From: Gemmatales bacterium
GTDB taxonomy: Bacteria; Planctomycetota; Planctomycetia; Gemmatales; HRBIN36
Length of the DNA: 64,000 nucleotides
Assembly: GCA_041640595.1 (NCBI GenBank)
Contig: JBEPZY010000001.1
Location: forward strand, 1,201,195-1,265,194
Reading direction: 5' to 3'
Position 1 is the first letter of the stretch; every line of letters starts with the position of its first letter. Positions 11,132 through 20,717 of the stretch are shown piece after piece. The notes beneath the pieces were generated by a model, which saw nothing but the letters and a program-made list of their open reading frames with translations, was not told the origin of the DNA and did not search any database. The position numbers were made by a program, and so were the translations under genes.

Positions 11132-12286
11132 TTAAGGATTCCGGTTTAGGCTAGGGATGAATGCAGCCGAGGCTTGCACAGTCTCGAGCGGGACAGTGCA
11201 AGCATCCCGCCAGCGATGCAGCCAGGAGCATGCCTGTTCAAAGACAAATTCGGGCGCCAGTTCGCGCATGCAGCGGTGATCGCGCGGGCATCGCCGCAAT
11301 TGACACGGTCCGCAGGAGACAACCTGTTGCAGGTGCAGCGAGCGCGGATGGAAAGTTTCCGTCCAGGCGATGTGAGTCGGCCCGAAGATTGTAACCACTG
11401 GACGGTCAAAAGCTACGGCAATGTGTCGCGGCCCGCTGTCCGTAGTAATCAGCATCGCCACCCGTTTCAGGCACGCCTTGACCAATCCCAGATCGATCCT
11501 TTCGTGGTGCAATCCATAGACCTGCGGATGGCTGGAGAGCTTTTCAATTTCCTGGGCAATTTTTCGCTCGGCTGGCCCACACAAGACCAGAACACCACAT
11601 GCCAATTCCCAGGCCAGCCGGCGGGCCAGTTCCGCGAAATAATCCACAGGCCAGCATTTCGCCGAACCGTAAGCCGCTCCGGGGTGTAAAGCCACCACCG
11701 GACGAGTTTGCCAATTCCGCTTCTGCCAGATGCGCTCTGCGGCCGCCTCCTGCTCTGGTGTGGTAAATAGCTGCATTTGCACTCCGGGATCGGGGCATCC
11801 CAATCGCTGAGCCAGGCGGTTATAGGCCAGCAGGACGGGATAAGGTAACCGTCGGCCCTTTTCGATGGCTGGCCAGTCGAGTGCTTCCGTGAGTAACCAG
11901 CTGCGACCATCTCGTCGGTAACCGATACGGTTTCGGCAGCCACCCAGCCATGCCGCCAGCGCTGTCCGCAGGGAATTGGGAAATAATAAGCCCCAAGTTG
12001 CCTGCCTGGAGCGCAGTTGACGTACCATCGGCCAAAAATCGTCACTGGCAATCGCGTCGTCGAACCAGGGACATCCCGCCAGCAGTTCGGACAGATAACG
12101 CCGATAAACCGCAACGATTAACGCCTGCGGAAAATGCTGTCGCAAAGCCCTCAGCGCCGGCGTGCACATGACCACATCTCCCACCCAATTCGGCAAAAAC
12201 ACCGCCAGCACCGGTTTGGCGTCAGGCTTCGTTCCGGCAACCAGGCGAACCCCACCGGTGGTTTCGTCGAGCATCGGGGTGGTCAT
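11132..12286 (-). CDS. waaF: Lipopolysaccharide heptosyltransferase II (GT9)
   Basis: PNWVGDVVM, FPNSLRTA, HPGAAYGSAKCWP, TTDSGPRHIA, IFGPT, PCQLRRCP; start uncertain. Confidence 0.9.
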   Translation of the reverse strand: MTTPMLDETTGGVRLVAGTKPDAKPVLAVFLPNWVGDVVMCTPALRALRQHFPQALIVAVYRRYLSELLAGCPWFDDAIASDDFWPMVRQLRSRQATWGLLFPNSLRTALAAWLGGCRNRIGYRRDGRSWLLTEALDWPAIEKGRRLPYPVLLAYNRLAQRLGCPDPGVQMQLFTTPEQEAAAERIWQKRNWQTRPVVALHPGAAYGSAKCWPVDYFAELARRLAWELACGVLVLCGPAERKIAQEIEKLSSHPQVYGLHHERIDLGLVKACLKRVAMLITTDSGPRHIAVAFDRPVVTIFGPTHIAWTETFHPRSLHLQQVVSCGPCQLRRCPRDHRCMRELAPEFVFEQACSWLHRWRDACTVPLETVQASAAFIPSLNRNP

Positions 12287-12432
12287 GGCCGAACGAAACC
12301 TGCGGCTGCGCTGCAAATGGGACAGCCAGCACAGTTCTCGTGACTGAGCTGAACAAACTTATCTCCAGCAAGTGCCGTCTTTCGAGGAAGCAAGCTCCAC
12401 ACTGGTTCTGTCCTCCCTGGAAAGCGGACGAC

Positions 12433-13983
12433 CTAAGCCGCGCGGCTAACGGTCGCAGTCATCAACCGATGAATTAAAGCGGTGGTGCTGAACCCGTCAT
12501 GGTACGCGGCAATATGGACACGCCCACCGTAAGATTGCACGAAATCGGCTCCGATTACTTCCTGGGGCCGGTAATCACCTCCTTTGACAAGCACATCGGG
12601 CCGAATCCGGCGGATCAGTTCCAGAGGTGTGGCGTCGTCGAAGACCACCAGAAAATCCACCGCCTCCAGTGCCGCCAGGACGGCCAGCCGGGCTTCGCAC
12701 GGTTGCACCGGCCGATTCGCTCCTTTCAATTGCCGAACGCTGGCATCGCTATTGACCGCCACAAACAGGACATCTCCCTGAGCTTTGGCTTCCTGCAAAT
12801 AACGCACATGGCCCACGTGTAACAAATCAAAACAACCGTTGGTGAAAACGATACGCAGACCCGCCTGGCGGCAACGCTCGACTACGGCAGGGATTTCCTC
12901 GCTACTCAGGATTTTGCGAGGCGTAAGTCCCGCAGATTTTCGCCAGGAATTTCCGAACTGGCAGGCAGATTCCATTTCGCGGAGGTCCTGCAAAATTTCG
13001 TCGCGTGTTACGGGAGCAACACCGATCCGCTCGACTTCCAGTCCACCGGCCACATTGGCCAGACGGATAGCCTCGGGATAATCCGCTCCGGCCGCCAGTG
13101 CCATTCCCAGCATGCTCAAAACCATGTCGCCAGCTCCGGTAATGTCATACACCTGCCGGGGACGTGTCGGAAAATGCGATCGGCGGCCACTGCGGTCAGC
13201 CAGAACCATGCCGTCCTTGTCGAGGGTGACAATGCACGCTTCCAGTCCCAGCCAGTCCAGCAACTGTCCGGCGGCAGCCAGTGCCTGCGGTACCGTAGTC
13301 GTCGCCAGTCCGGTCGCCAACGCAGCTTCGAGACGATTGGGCGTCAGGGCTGTGCAGCCCCGGTATTTTTCGTACACGTGGTTCTCGGCGGAACTCTTGC
13401 AACGCACCGGGTCTGCCAGGATTTGTTTGCCTCTCGTTTTTGCTTCTGCCACCACCCAGGCCAACAGCGACGGCGTGCAAACGCCCTTGTCGTAATCGCT
13501 AACCAGAACGAGATCGGCCCGACCTATCCGCGGACGCAAAAGCTCACGCAACCGCGATTCGATACCGGAACCGATCCACTCACGGCTTTCGTAATCCACA
13601 CGCAGCATCTGCTGCGGATGGCGTTGCTGGGCCCGACCCATGTAACGTTCTTTGACGGTAGTGGGTCGGTCGGAGTCCACCAGCACAGCTTCGCGTTCCA
13701 CTCCCAGATCATCGAGAAGCTGGCAAACACGGCGAGCATCGGCATCCTCACCAATAACTCCGGCCAGCATTACTCGAGCTCCCAGCGCACGTAGCAGGGT
13801 CGCCACACTACTGGCACCACCCAACCGTTCTTCCTTGCGATCCGCATGCAATAGCACCACCGGAGCTTCCTGACTGATCCGTTCAGCGTTGCCCCAGATG
13901 TAGCGGTCGAGCATGATGTCGCCCACTACAAGAATTTCCGGTTGACCCAATCGCTCCACCAGTGCTATCAGGTCGTTGGTCAT
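12433..13983 (-). CDS. hldE: Bifunctional D-glycero-D-manno-heptose-7-phosphate kinase / heptose-1-phosphate adenylyltransferase
   Basis: VGDIMLDRY, RISQEAPV, SDYDKG, DITGAGD, FTNGCFDLLHVGH, VKGGDY. Confidence 0.95.
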   Translation of the reverse strand: MTNDLIALVERLGQPEILVVGDIMLDRYIWGNAERISQEAPVVLLHADRKEERLGGASSVATLLRALGARVMLAGVIGEDADARRVCQLLDDLGVEREAVLVDSDRPTTVKERYMGRAQQRHPQQMLRVDYESREWIGSGIESRLRELLRPRIGRADLVLVSDYDKGVCTPSLLAWVVAEAKTRGKQILADPVRCKSSAENHVYEKYRGCTALTPNRLEAALATGLATTTVPQALAAAGQLLDWLGLEACIVTLDKDGMVLADRSGRRSHFPTRPRQVYDITGAGDMVLSMLGMALAAGADYPEAIRLANVAGGLEVERIGVAPVTRDEILQDLREMESACQFGNSWRKSAGLTPRKILSSEEIPAVVERCRQAGLRIVFTNGCFDLLHVGHVRYLQEAKAQGDVLFVAVNSDASVRQLKGANRPVQPCEARLAVLAALEAVDFLVVFDDATPLELIRRIRPDVLVKGGDYRPQEVIGADFVQSYGGRVHIAAYHDGFSTTALIHRLMTATVSRAA

Positions 13984-14043
13984 GCACTCACACCTCGGTT
14001 TTGTGGGAAAGGCACAATCGGCTTGGCTGTTCTCTGCCCGAGC

Positions 14044-15147
14044 TTACCTTCGCAGCTGGTGCAAATGCGACACTGCTCCATCCGCTACCGGTGCTGCCAG
14101 CGCACAAATTACCGCCGCGTGCAATAACGGGATGAGGATTTCGTGATGCCCGATAATTTCGATGCTGGCATCTGCGGGTCGCTCACAAACGTTGACCCGA
14201 CTGCGGTACTGCACATGCTTATCGAGGTTCACCGTGAGCAACCCCTGCAGCGAATAGCCAAGATTGCGAGCCACGCTCACGGCTTTCAGGAAAACTTCCG
14301 GCATGATGACTGCACTGCCGAGATTCATCCAGATACCATGTGCCAAACCCGCGACCACACCGCAAAGTTTTCGGAAATCCGTAAGACTCGCTTCGCCCAG
14401 GTCGGCTCCGCGAACCTGTGGATGCATGTGCACGATATCCGTCCCCAGTGCCACATGAACGGTACAGGGAATACCGGCTTGATATGCCGTCGCTACCAGG
14501 CTGCAATGCAGGTATGGCAAACGGTCTTCCACCATGCAGGCACCCAGGGCAGCTCCCAAGCCGATACCTTCGCGGGCAGCACGTTCGGCGGCTCGAGCGA
14601 AGATCGCTGCCGTTTCGCGGGCCATGCCGAATTTTCCCTGCGGTAATTGTGCGGCAACATCCTCGCTGGTCTTCCCGGCGCAGGCGAGCTCAAAATCGTG
14701 AATCGCCGCCGAGCCGTTCATGGCTACCGCATGCAGGATGCCGCGCTGAATCCAGTCGTTCAGGTAGGGACCGCAACCGGTCTTAACCACGTGCCCGCCA
14801 ATCGCCGCCACGACGGTGTGCTTATTTCGCACTGCGTTCACGATGGCGTCGCGCAGACGCCGTATCTCTACGGCTGCCAGTTGCTGCGGCAGACTTTCCA
14901 GCCAATCGCTAAAACTTACTCGACCTGCTAGAGGACGGCCCAACTGTCCCACGTGCACCTTGCTAGGACGATCATGGAGCGAATAGGTGGTGAGCCGTTC
15001 CCAGGGCAGATCGGCGGGCAAACCAGCTTGCGAAGCTCTGCTGCGAGCAGCATCGTCAGTAGTGGGACAGGATGCTGACGTCCTGCGGACGCCAGACTCG
15101 GCACCGAGGCAATCCGAATCGCACGGTCGGGCAGGATTACGTTCCAT
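14044..15147 (-). CDS. Conserved hypothetical protein with deoxyhypusine-synthase-like NAD-binding fold
   Basis: GGHVVKTG, AMNGSAAIHDFE, FGMARET, IPCTVHVALGTDIVHMHP, NLGSAVIMPEVFLKA, GHHEILIP. Confidence 0.65.
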   Translation of the reverse strand: MERNPARPCDSDCLGAESGVRRTSASCPTTDDAARSRASQAGLPADLPWERLTTYSLHDRPSKVHVGQLGRPLAGRVSFSDWLESLPQQLAAVEIRRLRDAIVNAVRNKHTVVAAIGGHVVKTGCGPYLNDWIQRGILHAVAMNGSAAIHDFELACAGKTSEDVAAQLPQGKFGMARETAAIFARAAERAAREGIGLGAALGACMVEDRLPYLHCSLVATAYQAGIPCTVHVALGTDIVHMHPQVRGADLGEASLTDFRKLCGVVAGLAHGIWMNLGSAVIMPEVFLKAVSVARNLGYSLQGLLTVNLDKHVQYRSRVNVCERPADASIEIIGHHEILIPLLHAAVICALAAPVADGAVSHLHQLRR

Positions 15148-16375
15148 GACCGGTTCCTAAAACGGCAAGTTCTCCGCTGCGGTTGCGGTCATCCGAAGTA
15201 GTGGAGGTTTCGGAAGGTCTCAGAATCTGCCGGACTCGCTGCCACAAAATGTCCCCGCCTTCGATCCAGGCAAATTCGCAGACCAAAGCCCATAACGGTT
15301 TGCCCGCCAGCTCCCGCATGGGTAGTTTGACCAGGTCTTTGCGGGTTGTAACGGCGAAGCTGGCCTGCGGATAAGCGGAGGCCCAGTTCCGGAGTTGGTC
15401 AAGGATTTGCGAGTAATCGCAATGGTCGGGACAGAAACAACTGGCCACGATTTCCGCCCCCAATTGTCGCAAACCGGCCAGAAAAGCAGCAGGATTACCA
15501 AGGCCACAAAACGCCAGTATTTTCTCGCCTCGCAGTTGTTGCAATCCCGCAACGGTGCCTCCGGAGTTGACGAGATGCGCCGGGGCGTGGCGGGCCAGTG
15601 TCATGACCGCCTGCGGAGCCGTCTGGGCGATTTGCCGCTGCAACTCACGACAACGCTTCTCACTCACCAGGTCGCACCGAGTGAGCACAATCACGTCGGC
15701 TCGTCGCAACGCGCTACGCGGTTCACGGAGCATACCTCGGGGCAGAAGATGGCCCCACCCCCAGGGATTCGTGGCATCCAGGAGAACAATGTCCAGGTCG
15801 CGGTGGAGCCTGCGGTGTTGAAAACCATCGTCCAGCAGCAATACCTGTGCACCGTCCGCAATAGCTTGCCTGGCCAGTTCGGCACGATTCCTCCCCTGCC
15901 GGAGCAGGATGCCCGGTAACTCAGCCAAAAGTTCCCGCCCTTCATCGTTGTAAGTTTGCTGCCAATGTGTTGCGGCGATTGCGTCTGAACCCGCATGCTC
16001 ACACGGCAAACACCTTGTCGCCGCAGATGCCCTGTAACCCCGGCTCAAAATAGCCGCACGCAACCCCGTTTGAAGTAAACGCTTAGCCAGCCAGGCAACC
16101 AGAGGCGTCTTTCCCGTACCCCCTGCTGTCAGATTGCCAACACTGATAACCGGCACCGGTACGGTCAGCACCCGCGAGCGAAAGGTATCGTAAAACCGAT
16201 TGCGCAGATGCACAGCAACGCCGTATCCCAGGCTGGCCAACCACAAGTTACCGCGAACCAAAGTTGCAGGCCAGGACCTCTGCTCGGCGGAGATGGTTTT
16301 CCACCACCACGCCGCCAGACGTTCCTTGATAGAGCCGGCCAGCATAAGCGGATTCGGTTGGAGTTCCGGCAGCAT
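15137..16375 (-). CDS. lpxK: Tetraacyldisaccharide 4'-kinase
   Basis: VISVGNLTAGGTGKTP, LSRGY, NDEG, LLDDGFQH, LLPRGMLRE, FCGLGNP, PDH, TTRKD; start uncertain. Confidence 0.95.
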   Translation of the reverse strand: MLPELQPNPLMLAGSIKERLAAWWWKTISAEQRSWPATLVRGNLWLASLGYGVAVHLRNRFYDTFRSRVLTVPVPVISVGNLTAGGTGKTPLVAWLAKRLLQTGLRAAILSRGYRASAATRCLPCEHAGSDAIAATHWQQTYNDEGRELLAELPGILLRQGRNRAELARQAIADGAQVLLLDDGFQHRRLHRDLDIVLLDATNPWGWGHLLPRGMLREPRSALRRADVIVLTRCDLVSEKRCRELQRQIAQTAPQAVMTLARHAPAHLVNSGGTVAGLQQLRGEKILAFCGLGNPAAFLAGLRQLGAEIVASCFCPDHCDYSQILDQLRNWASAYPQASFAVTTRKDLVKLPMRELAGKPLWALVCEFAWIEGGDILWQRVRQILRPSETSTTSDDRNRSGELAVLGTGHGT

Positions 16376-16454
16376 ACACGGTTGAACCCAATTGGTTCCT
16401 ACAAGCCCATACCACAAAAACAGGCTTCGTGCAATGCCAACCCGACCGGTGTGG

Positions 16455-16556
16455 TTAGGTTAGCCTAATTATTCTGATTAGCCAAGCCGAATGATAATTA
16501 GTGGTACCTAATGCTCATAGTTAGTGCCACCTAGCTAAGAAATTAGGAAAACCTAA
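16455..16556. promoter_or_regulatory. Five phased DtxR/MntR-family-like operator boxes (TTAGG-N4-CCTAA)
   Basis: TTAGGTTAGCCTAA 16455, TTAGCCAAGCCGAA 16478, TTAGTGGTACCTAA 16498, TTAGTGCCACCTAG 16521, TTAGGAAAACCTAA 16543, in an AT-rich divergent intergenic region. Confidence 0.7.
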
Positions 16557-16576
16557 CAATATTGCGGAAGGTCTCT

Positions 16577-17437
16577 ATGAACGCATACAGTCTAAACTTA
16601 GGCACGATGGCGCTATGGCTGGCATTTTCGGAAACAGTGTTAGCCCAGCTCCCGCCCAATACCGCGTCAGGCAACGGAATTGATAAACCTGCCTTCCGCC
16701 CTACCAGCGAAGCCACAGCCAACAGCCGATCAACTTCGATACGCCGACCAGGGCCTGACACTGCCGATCTACCTGACAGCCCTTACGCTGTACCGCCAGG
16801 TGTCGTTTACGTTGAAACCGCACTAACCTATCAGCGGAGTAAGTCTCCCGCTGATCATGAGTATTTCACGGCCACACTGGTTCGCGTCGGTCTTCTACAG
16901 AATTGGGAGCTACGGGTGGGCGGTCCGGGTTTGATCGTTCGGGATGGTTTGCCAGACTCCACTACCGGATTTGGCCCGATTACCATCGGTGCGAAGTGGC
17001 ACTGGTGGGAGGAAATCGAGGACAGGGGAACTCCTGCGGCCGGACTGATTTTCCAGGTAACCACCCCAACCGGTTCCGATGCTTTTCGGCCTGAAATTGC
17101 CGAACCGGCTGGCTTCCTCTCTTTTTGCCATCCACTGCCCTGGGAAATGGAATTTGAATGGAACGTTGGTCTTGCTCTGACCAGGGGCCAATGCGAGCGG
17201 ACTCAGCTTGAGGGTTGGCTATTGTGGGCTTTGAGCAGGCAAGTTACTCCGAATTTGAACGTATTTATGCACGGCTACATAGTTACGCCGGGCCTCGTCA
17301 GCGAGACCGAAATCGTTTTGGGGCCTGGTCTGATCTGGTTTATCAGCGAACGAATGGCATTGGATACCAGCTCGGTTTTCGGCGTTACCGACGATGCTCC
17401 TACCATCGCACGCGTGGGATTGAATCTGGCCTTTTAG
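16577..17437 (+). CDS. Putative outer-membrane beta-barrel channel (MetA-pathway/COG4313-like transporter family)
   Basis: Signal peptide, PDTADLPDSPYAVPPG.VYVE, LVRVGL...WELR, amphipathic beta strands, terminal Phe (VGLNLAF). Confidence 0.7.
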   Translation: MNAYSLNLGTMALWLAFSETVLAQLPPNTASGNGIDKPAFRPTSEATANSRSTSIRRPGPDTADLPDSPYAVPPGVVYVETALTYQRSKSPADHEYFTATLVRVGLLQNWELRVGGPGLIVRDGLPDSTTGFGPITIGAKWHWWEEIEDRGTPAAGLIFQVTTPTGSDAFRPEIAEPAGFLSFCHPLPWEMEFEWNVGLALTRGQCERTQLEGWLLWALSRQVTPNLNVFMHGYIVTPGLVSETEIVLGPGLIWFISERMALDTSSVFGVTDDAPTIARVGLNLAF

Positions 17438-17463
17438 CATCGGACGTCGAATTTCCCCCTGTC

Positions 17464-17576
17464 AGGTGTGCCAGTGGTGATTCGTTTCGGAGGCCAGCCA
17501 CATTCTCGTCGGCTTCCTCGAGGTTTAACCTACGCGAGGATGTGCCAGGGGGCTTCGTTTCACAAGCCAGCCAAAT
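17464..17576. repeat. Degenerate ~40-bp direct repeat pair, offset 73-74
   Basis: AGG-TGTGCCAGTGGTGATTCGTTTCGGAGGCCAGCCACAT versus AGGATGTGCCAGGGG-GCTTCGTTTCACAAGCCAGCCAAAT. Confidence 0.8.
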
Positions 17577-17655
17577 GACCGACGTGTGATATTTCGCTAC
17601 CTTATACCGTAACTTCCTGCCCACCAAAAGTCCCTGCCCAACGGAGTCAGCAACC

Positions 17656-20070
17656 ATGAAACAATGTCTGCTGGGGAACACGTGGTTACTGGTGATTCTG
17701 GTCGGAGCGGCGATGATCGGTTCAGCCCAGGGAGACCGTGTCAAACCGCCCGACCGCATGGTGCAAGAATTACTGCAACTTTCGCCCGACGTGTATCCGA
17801 CGCAGTCAGATGAGGCAAAGCGTTTACGGCAAGCGTGGCCGGAATTGTTGCGTGATGGCTTACGGCAGGCGAATCGTCGCAGTACCCAACAATGGCAAGG
17901 CTTGCAAAGTCGGGCCGATTGGGAGCAATTCCGTCGGGAAAAACTGGCAAAGCTTCGCCAGGCCCTTGCCATTCCCGAAGCTCCACCACCTGCGCCACGG
18001 GTAATGGTGACCGGACGCATCCGCGGCGAAGGTTACCGCATCGAAAACTTGCTCTACGAAAGCCGGCCTGGTCTGTGGGTCAGTGCGAATCTCTATTTGC
18101 CCGAACCGGTCCAGGCAAAGCCAGCCGGGTTGATCCTGGTGCACAGCCATCACACTCCGAAATGGCATACTGAATTGCAGGACATGGGCATCCTGTGGGC
18201 GAAAGCGGGATCGGCTGTGCTGGTGCCGGACTTGCTCGGTCACGGTGAGCGGCGGACCCATCCTTTCGTAGATGCCAAAAGTTTCCCCGAACCATTCCGG
18301 GTGGGTCGGCAGGATTATTACTTCCGCTACAACACGGCAGCGCAGTTGTACCTGCTGGGAGAAACGTTGATGGGCTGGATGGTGTGGGATTTGCGATGCG
18401 GTGTGGAGGTGTTGCTCAAGCATGCTCAGGCGGATCCAAAGCGGATCGGCATTTTGGGCTCTGTGGCCGGTGGAGGCGATGTGGCTGCTGTAACCGCCGC
18501 CGTCGAGGAACGCATCTCCGCTGCGGTGGTCTTCAACTTCGGCGGACCGGAACCGGAAGACCCGTTCCCACTACCAGACGATGCCGAGGTCTCTTTCAAC
18601 TACGCAGGTAGTGGCTCCTGGGAATCCACGCGCAACCTGATCCATTCGGCCCGTGATGGATTTTTGCCGTGGGTCATCGTGGGAGCGATCGCCCCGCGAC
18701 GGCTCTGCTATGCTCATGAGTTCAGTTGGGACCGCGAGCGCGATCCAGTATGGAGACGCCTGCAGCGCATTTGGGCATGGTATGAGGTGCCGGAGCATTT
18801 GCGCTACGCTCACGGTCGCGGTCAACTAAGCGGAAAGCCCCCGGAAAGCACTCACTGCACCCATATCGGCGAATTTCACCGTCGCTCCGGAGTTTACCAG
18901 GCACTCCAGGCATGGTTTGGTTTGCCAATTCCGCAACACGAAAACACGACGCATTATTCCATCACCGAACTGACCTGCTGGACAGAAGAAGCACGCAGGC
19001 AGCTCCGTCCATTGCCCTGGCCCGAATGGCTTTCGCGCTGGTATGAACAACAAAAGGCGAGTATCAAAACTACTTCCGTTGGCCCGACGGCAAACGAAGT
19101 ATGGGCTGGCTGGGTCAAACGAAACGCCGATCGGCAAAAGGAGCCCGCCCGCCCTGCTCTGGTTCGCCAGCAAGCGTTCCAGGGAGGTCGTGCACAGTGG
19201 TGGCTGGTATCCAATCTGGACGGCATGCCAATCCCTGTTATGTTGCTCCTCGCTGATACTGGGGGTAAACAAAAACCGGGCGTGGTCGCCGTCTGTTCGC
19301 AGGGCAAGGCAAGGTTTTTGCGTGAACACGCCGGAGCGGTGGCGCAATTGCTCGCCTCCGGTGTGGATGTCTGCCTGGTGGATGTGCGCGGCGTTGGCGA
19401 GACGGCAACGGAGAGCGTTCCCAGTCGCACGGGTGCAGGCACGTCGCATGCCGCTACCGCACTTATGCTCGGCCAGAGTATCGTCGAACTTCGTCTGCTG
19501 GATCTGCTGGCCGTTGTAGGCGACGAACAATCGCCCAGGGCCGATAATGCCCCCAAGCGGCGGATAGCGGTGTGGGGAACGGATGAAGGTCCGGTCAATG
19601 GGCCGGCAATTATGACCGAAGTGCCCTGGGATGCGAGTCGGTTGCCGGCTTTCGCCGACCCGACCGGTCCTCATTTAGCCTTACGTTTGGCAGCGCTGGA
19701 TAAAGCGGTGGTAGCTGTCTATGCTGCCGGTGAACTGGCGAGTTATCGTTCCGCCCTGGCCTCCCCATTCTTGTTTCTGCCGCTGGCTGCTATCGAGCCG
19801 GGTATGCTCGATCCGAAACGGGGTCGCGGCGACCCAGCCGACTTATTGCCTAGCCTTGCTCCACGGCCAGTACGGCTGGAAGCGCTTCGGGATGCCCGGA
19901 ATCGTTTGCTCAACGATGCTTCCGTGCAATCCTGGCTCGCAGACTTACACGCCACACTTCGCCAGTACGGACACCGCCAACCGGAAACGTGGCTCCAGGC
20001 CAGCAGCCAGCGCAGTTCTGACACCGACATCGCCCTCTGGCTCCTCCGCCACCTTCACCGCAATCACTGA
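17656..20070 (+). CDS. Secreted tandem alpha/beta-hydrolase-fold protein (acetylxylan esterase/dienelactone hydrolase-like)
   Basis: Signal peptide, GYRIENLLYESRPGLWVSANLYLP, PDLLGHGER, GWMVWDL, DPKRIGILG; second domain with VDVRGVGET. Confidence 0.8.
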   Translation: MKQCLLGNTWLLVILVGAAMIGSAQGDRVKPPDRMVQELLQLSPDVYPTQSDEAKRLRQAWPELLRDGLRQANRRSTQQWQGLQSRADWEQFRREKLAKLRQALAIPEAPPPAPRVMVTGRIRGEGYRIENLLYESRPGLWVSANLYLPEPVQAKPAGLILVHSHHTPKWHTELQDMGILWAKAGSAVLVPDLLGHGERRTHPFVDAKSFPEPFRVGRQDYYFRYNTAAQLYLLGETLMGWMVWDLRCGVEVLLKHAQADPKRIGILGSVAGGGDVAAVTAAVEERISAAVVFNFGGPEPEDPFPLPDDAEVSFNYAGSGSWESTRNLIHSARDGFLPWVIVGAIAPRRLCYAHEFSWDRERDPVWRRLQRIWAWYEVPEHLRYAHGRGQLSGKPPESTHCTHIGEFHRRSGVYQALQAWFGLPIPQHENTTHYSITELTCWTEEARRQLRPLPWPEWLSRWYEQQKASIKTTSVGPTANEVWAGWVKRNADRQKEPARPALVRQQAFQGGRAQWWLVSNLDGMPIPVMLLLADTGGKQKPGVVAVCSQGKARFLREHAGAVAQLLASGVDVCLVDVRGVGETATESVPSRTGAGTSHAATALMLGQSIVELRLLDLLAVVGDEQSPRADNAPKRRIAVWGTDEGPVNGPAIMTEVPWDASRLPAFADPTGPHLALRLAALDKAVVAVYAAGELASYRSALASPFLFLPLAAIEPGMLDPKRGRGDPADLLPSLAPRPVRLEALRDARNRLLNDASVQSWLADLHATLRQYGHRQPETWLQASSQRSSDTDIALWLLRHLHRNH

Positions 20071-20264
20071 ACCTCTAACCGTAACCCTGCCGGGCGAAAT
20101 TGCGTTCGGTACTTGATCCGCGATCAAGCAACGGCAAGAGGAATAATCGCTAGGATGATTGCAAACCGGAATGGTTCGACTGAATGAACCGCACATCGCT
20201 ATCCAAGCCGGCTCTACCGAAGAATATCCAGTGCGGATAAGCCAAGTTTGGGAAGGAAGTGGGC

Positions 20265-20717
20265 ATGCTTACGCGGCAGGAATTCGATGTCATTCTCGCG
20301 GACACCACCAAGCGCATCCTGGGAGATATTGATTGGCGAGAAGATGCAGACCATTCTCCGGCCCGCGAATTTCGCATCGAGGTTAGCTCGGATAACGGAT
20401 GGCCCATTTTCATCGTCGGCCGTTGGAATCCCTATGCCGGGACGTTGAGCTACGTTCTCATCCATCGCGGTGCCGGACGCATCTACGGACTGGACCTGGG
20501 CGCTGATCATCACAATCCTACTTGCGAGCGGGTCGGCGAGAAACATAAGCACGCATGGACTGAAGAATTTCGCGATAAGCAGGCTTACGTGCCCAGCGAC
20601 ATCACAGCGTCTTGGGACCAGCCCGTGGAGGTGTGGCGTCAGTTTTGCCGTCAGGCCAACATCACGCACCAGGGTCAAATGCATCCTCCCTCGGTGCAAG
20701 GGGAACTAATCCCATGA
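20265..20717 (+). CDS. DUF6978-like hypothetical protein
   Basis: LDLGADHHNP...KHKHAW.E...DKQAY His-rich motif and the FC..ANI ending typical of this family (recalled, not searched). Confidence 0.7.
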   Translation: MLTRQEFDVILADTTKRILGDIDWREDADHSPAREFRIEVSSDNGWPIFIVGRWNPYAGTLSYVLIHRGAGRIYGLDLGADHHNPTCERVGEKHKHAWTEEFRDKQAYVPSDITASWDQPVEVWRQFCRQANITHQGQMHPPSVQGELIP

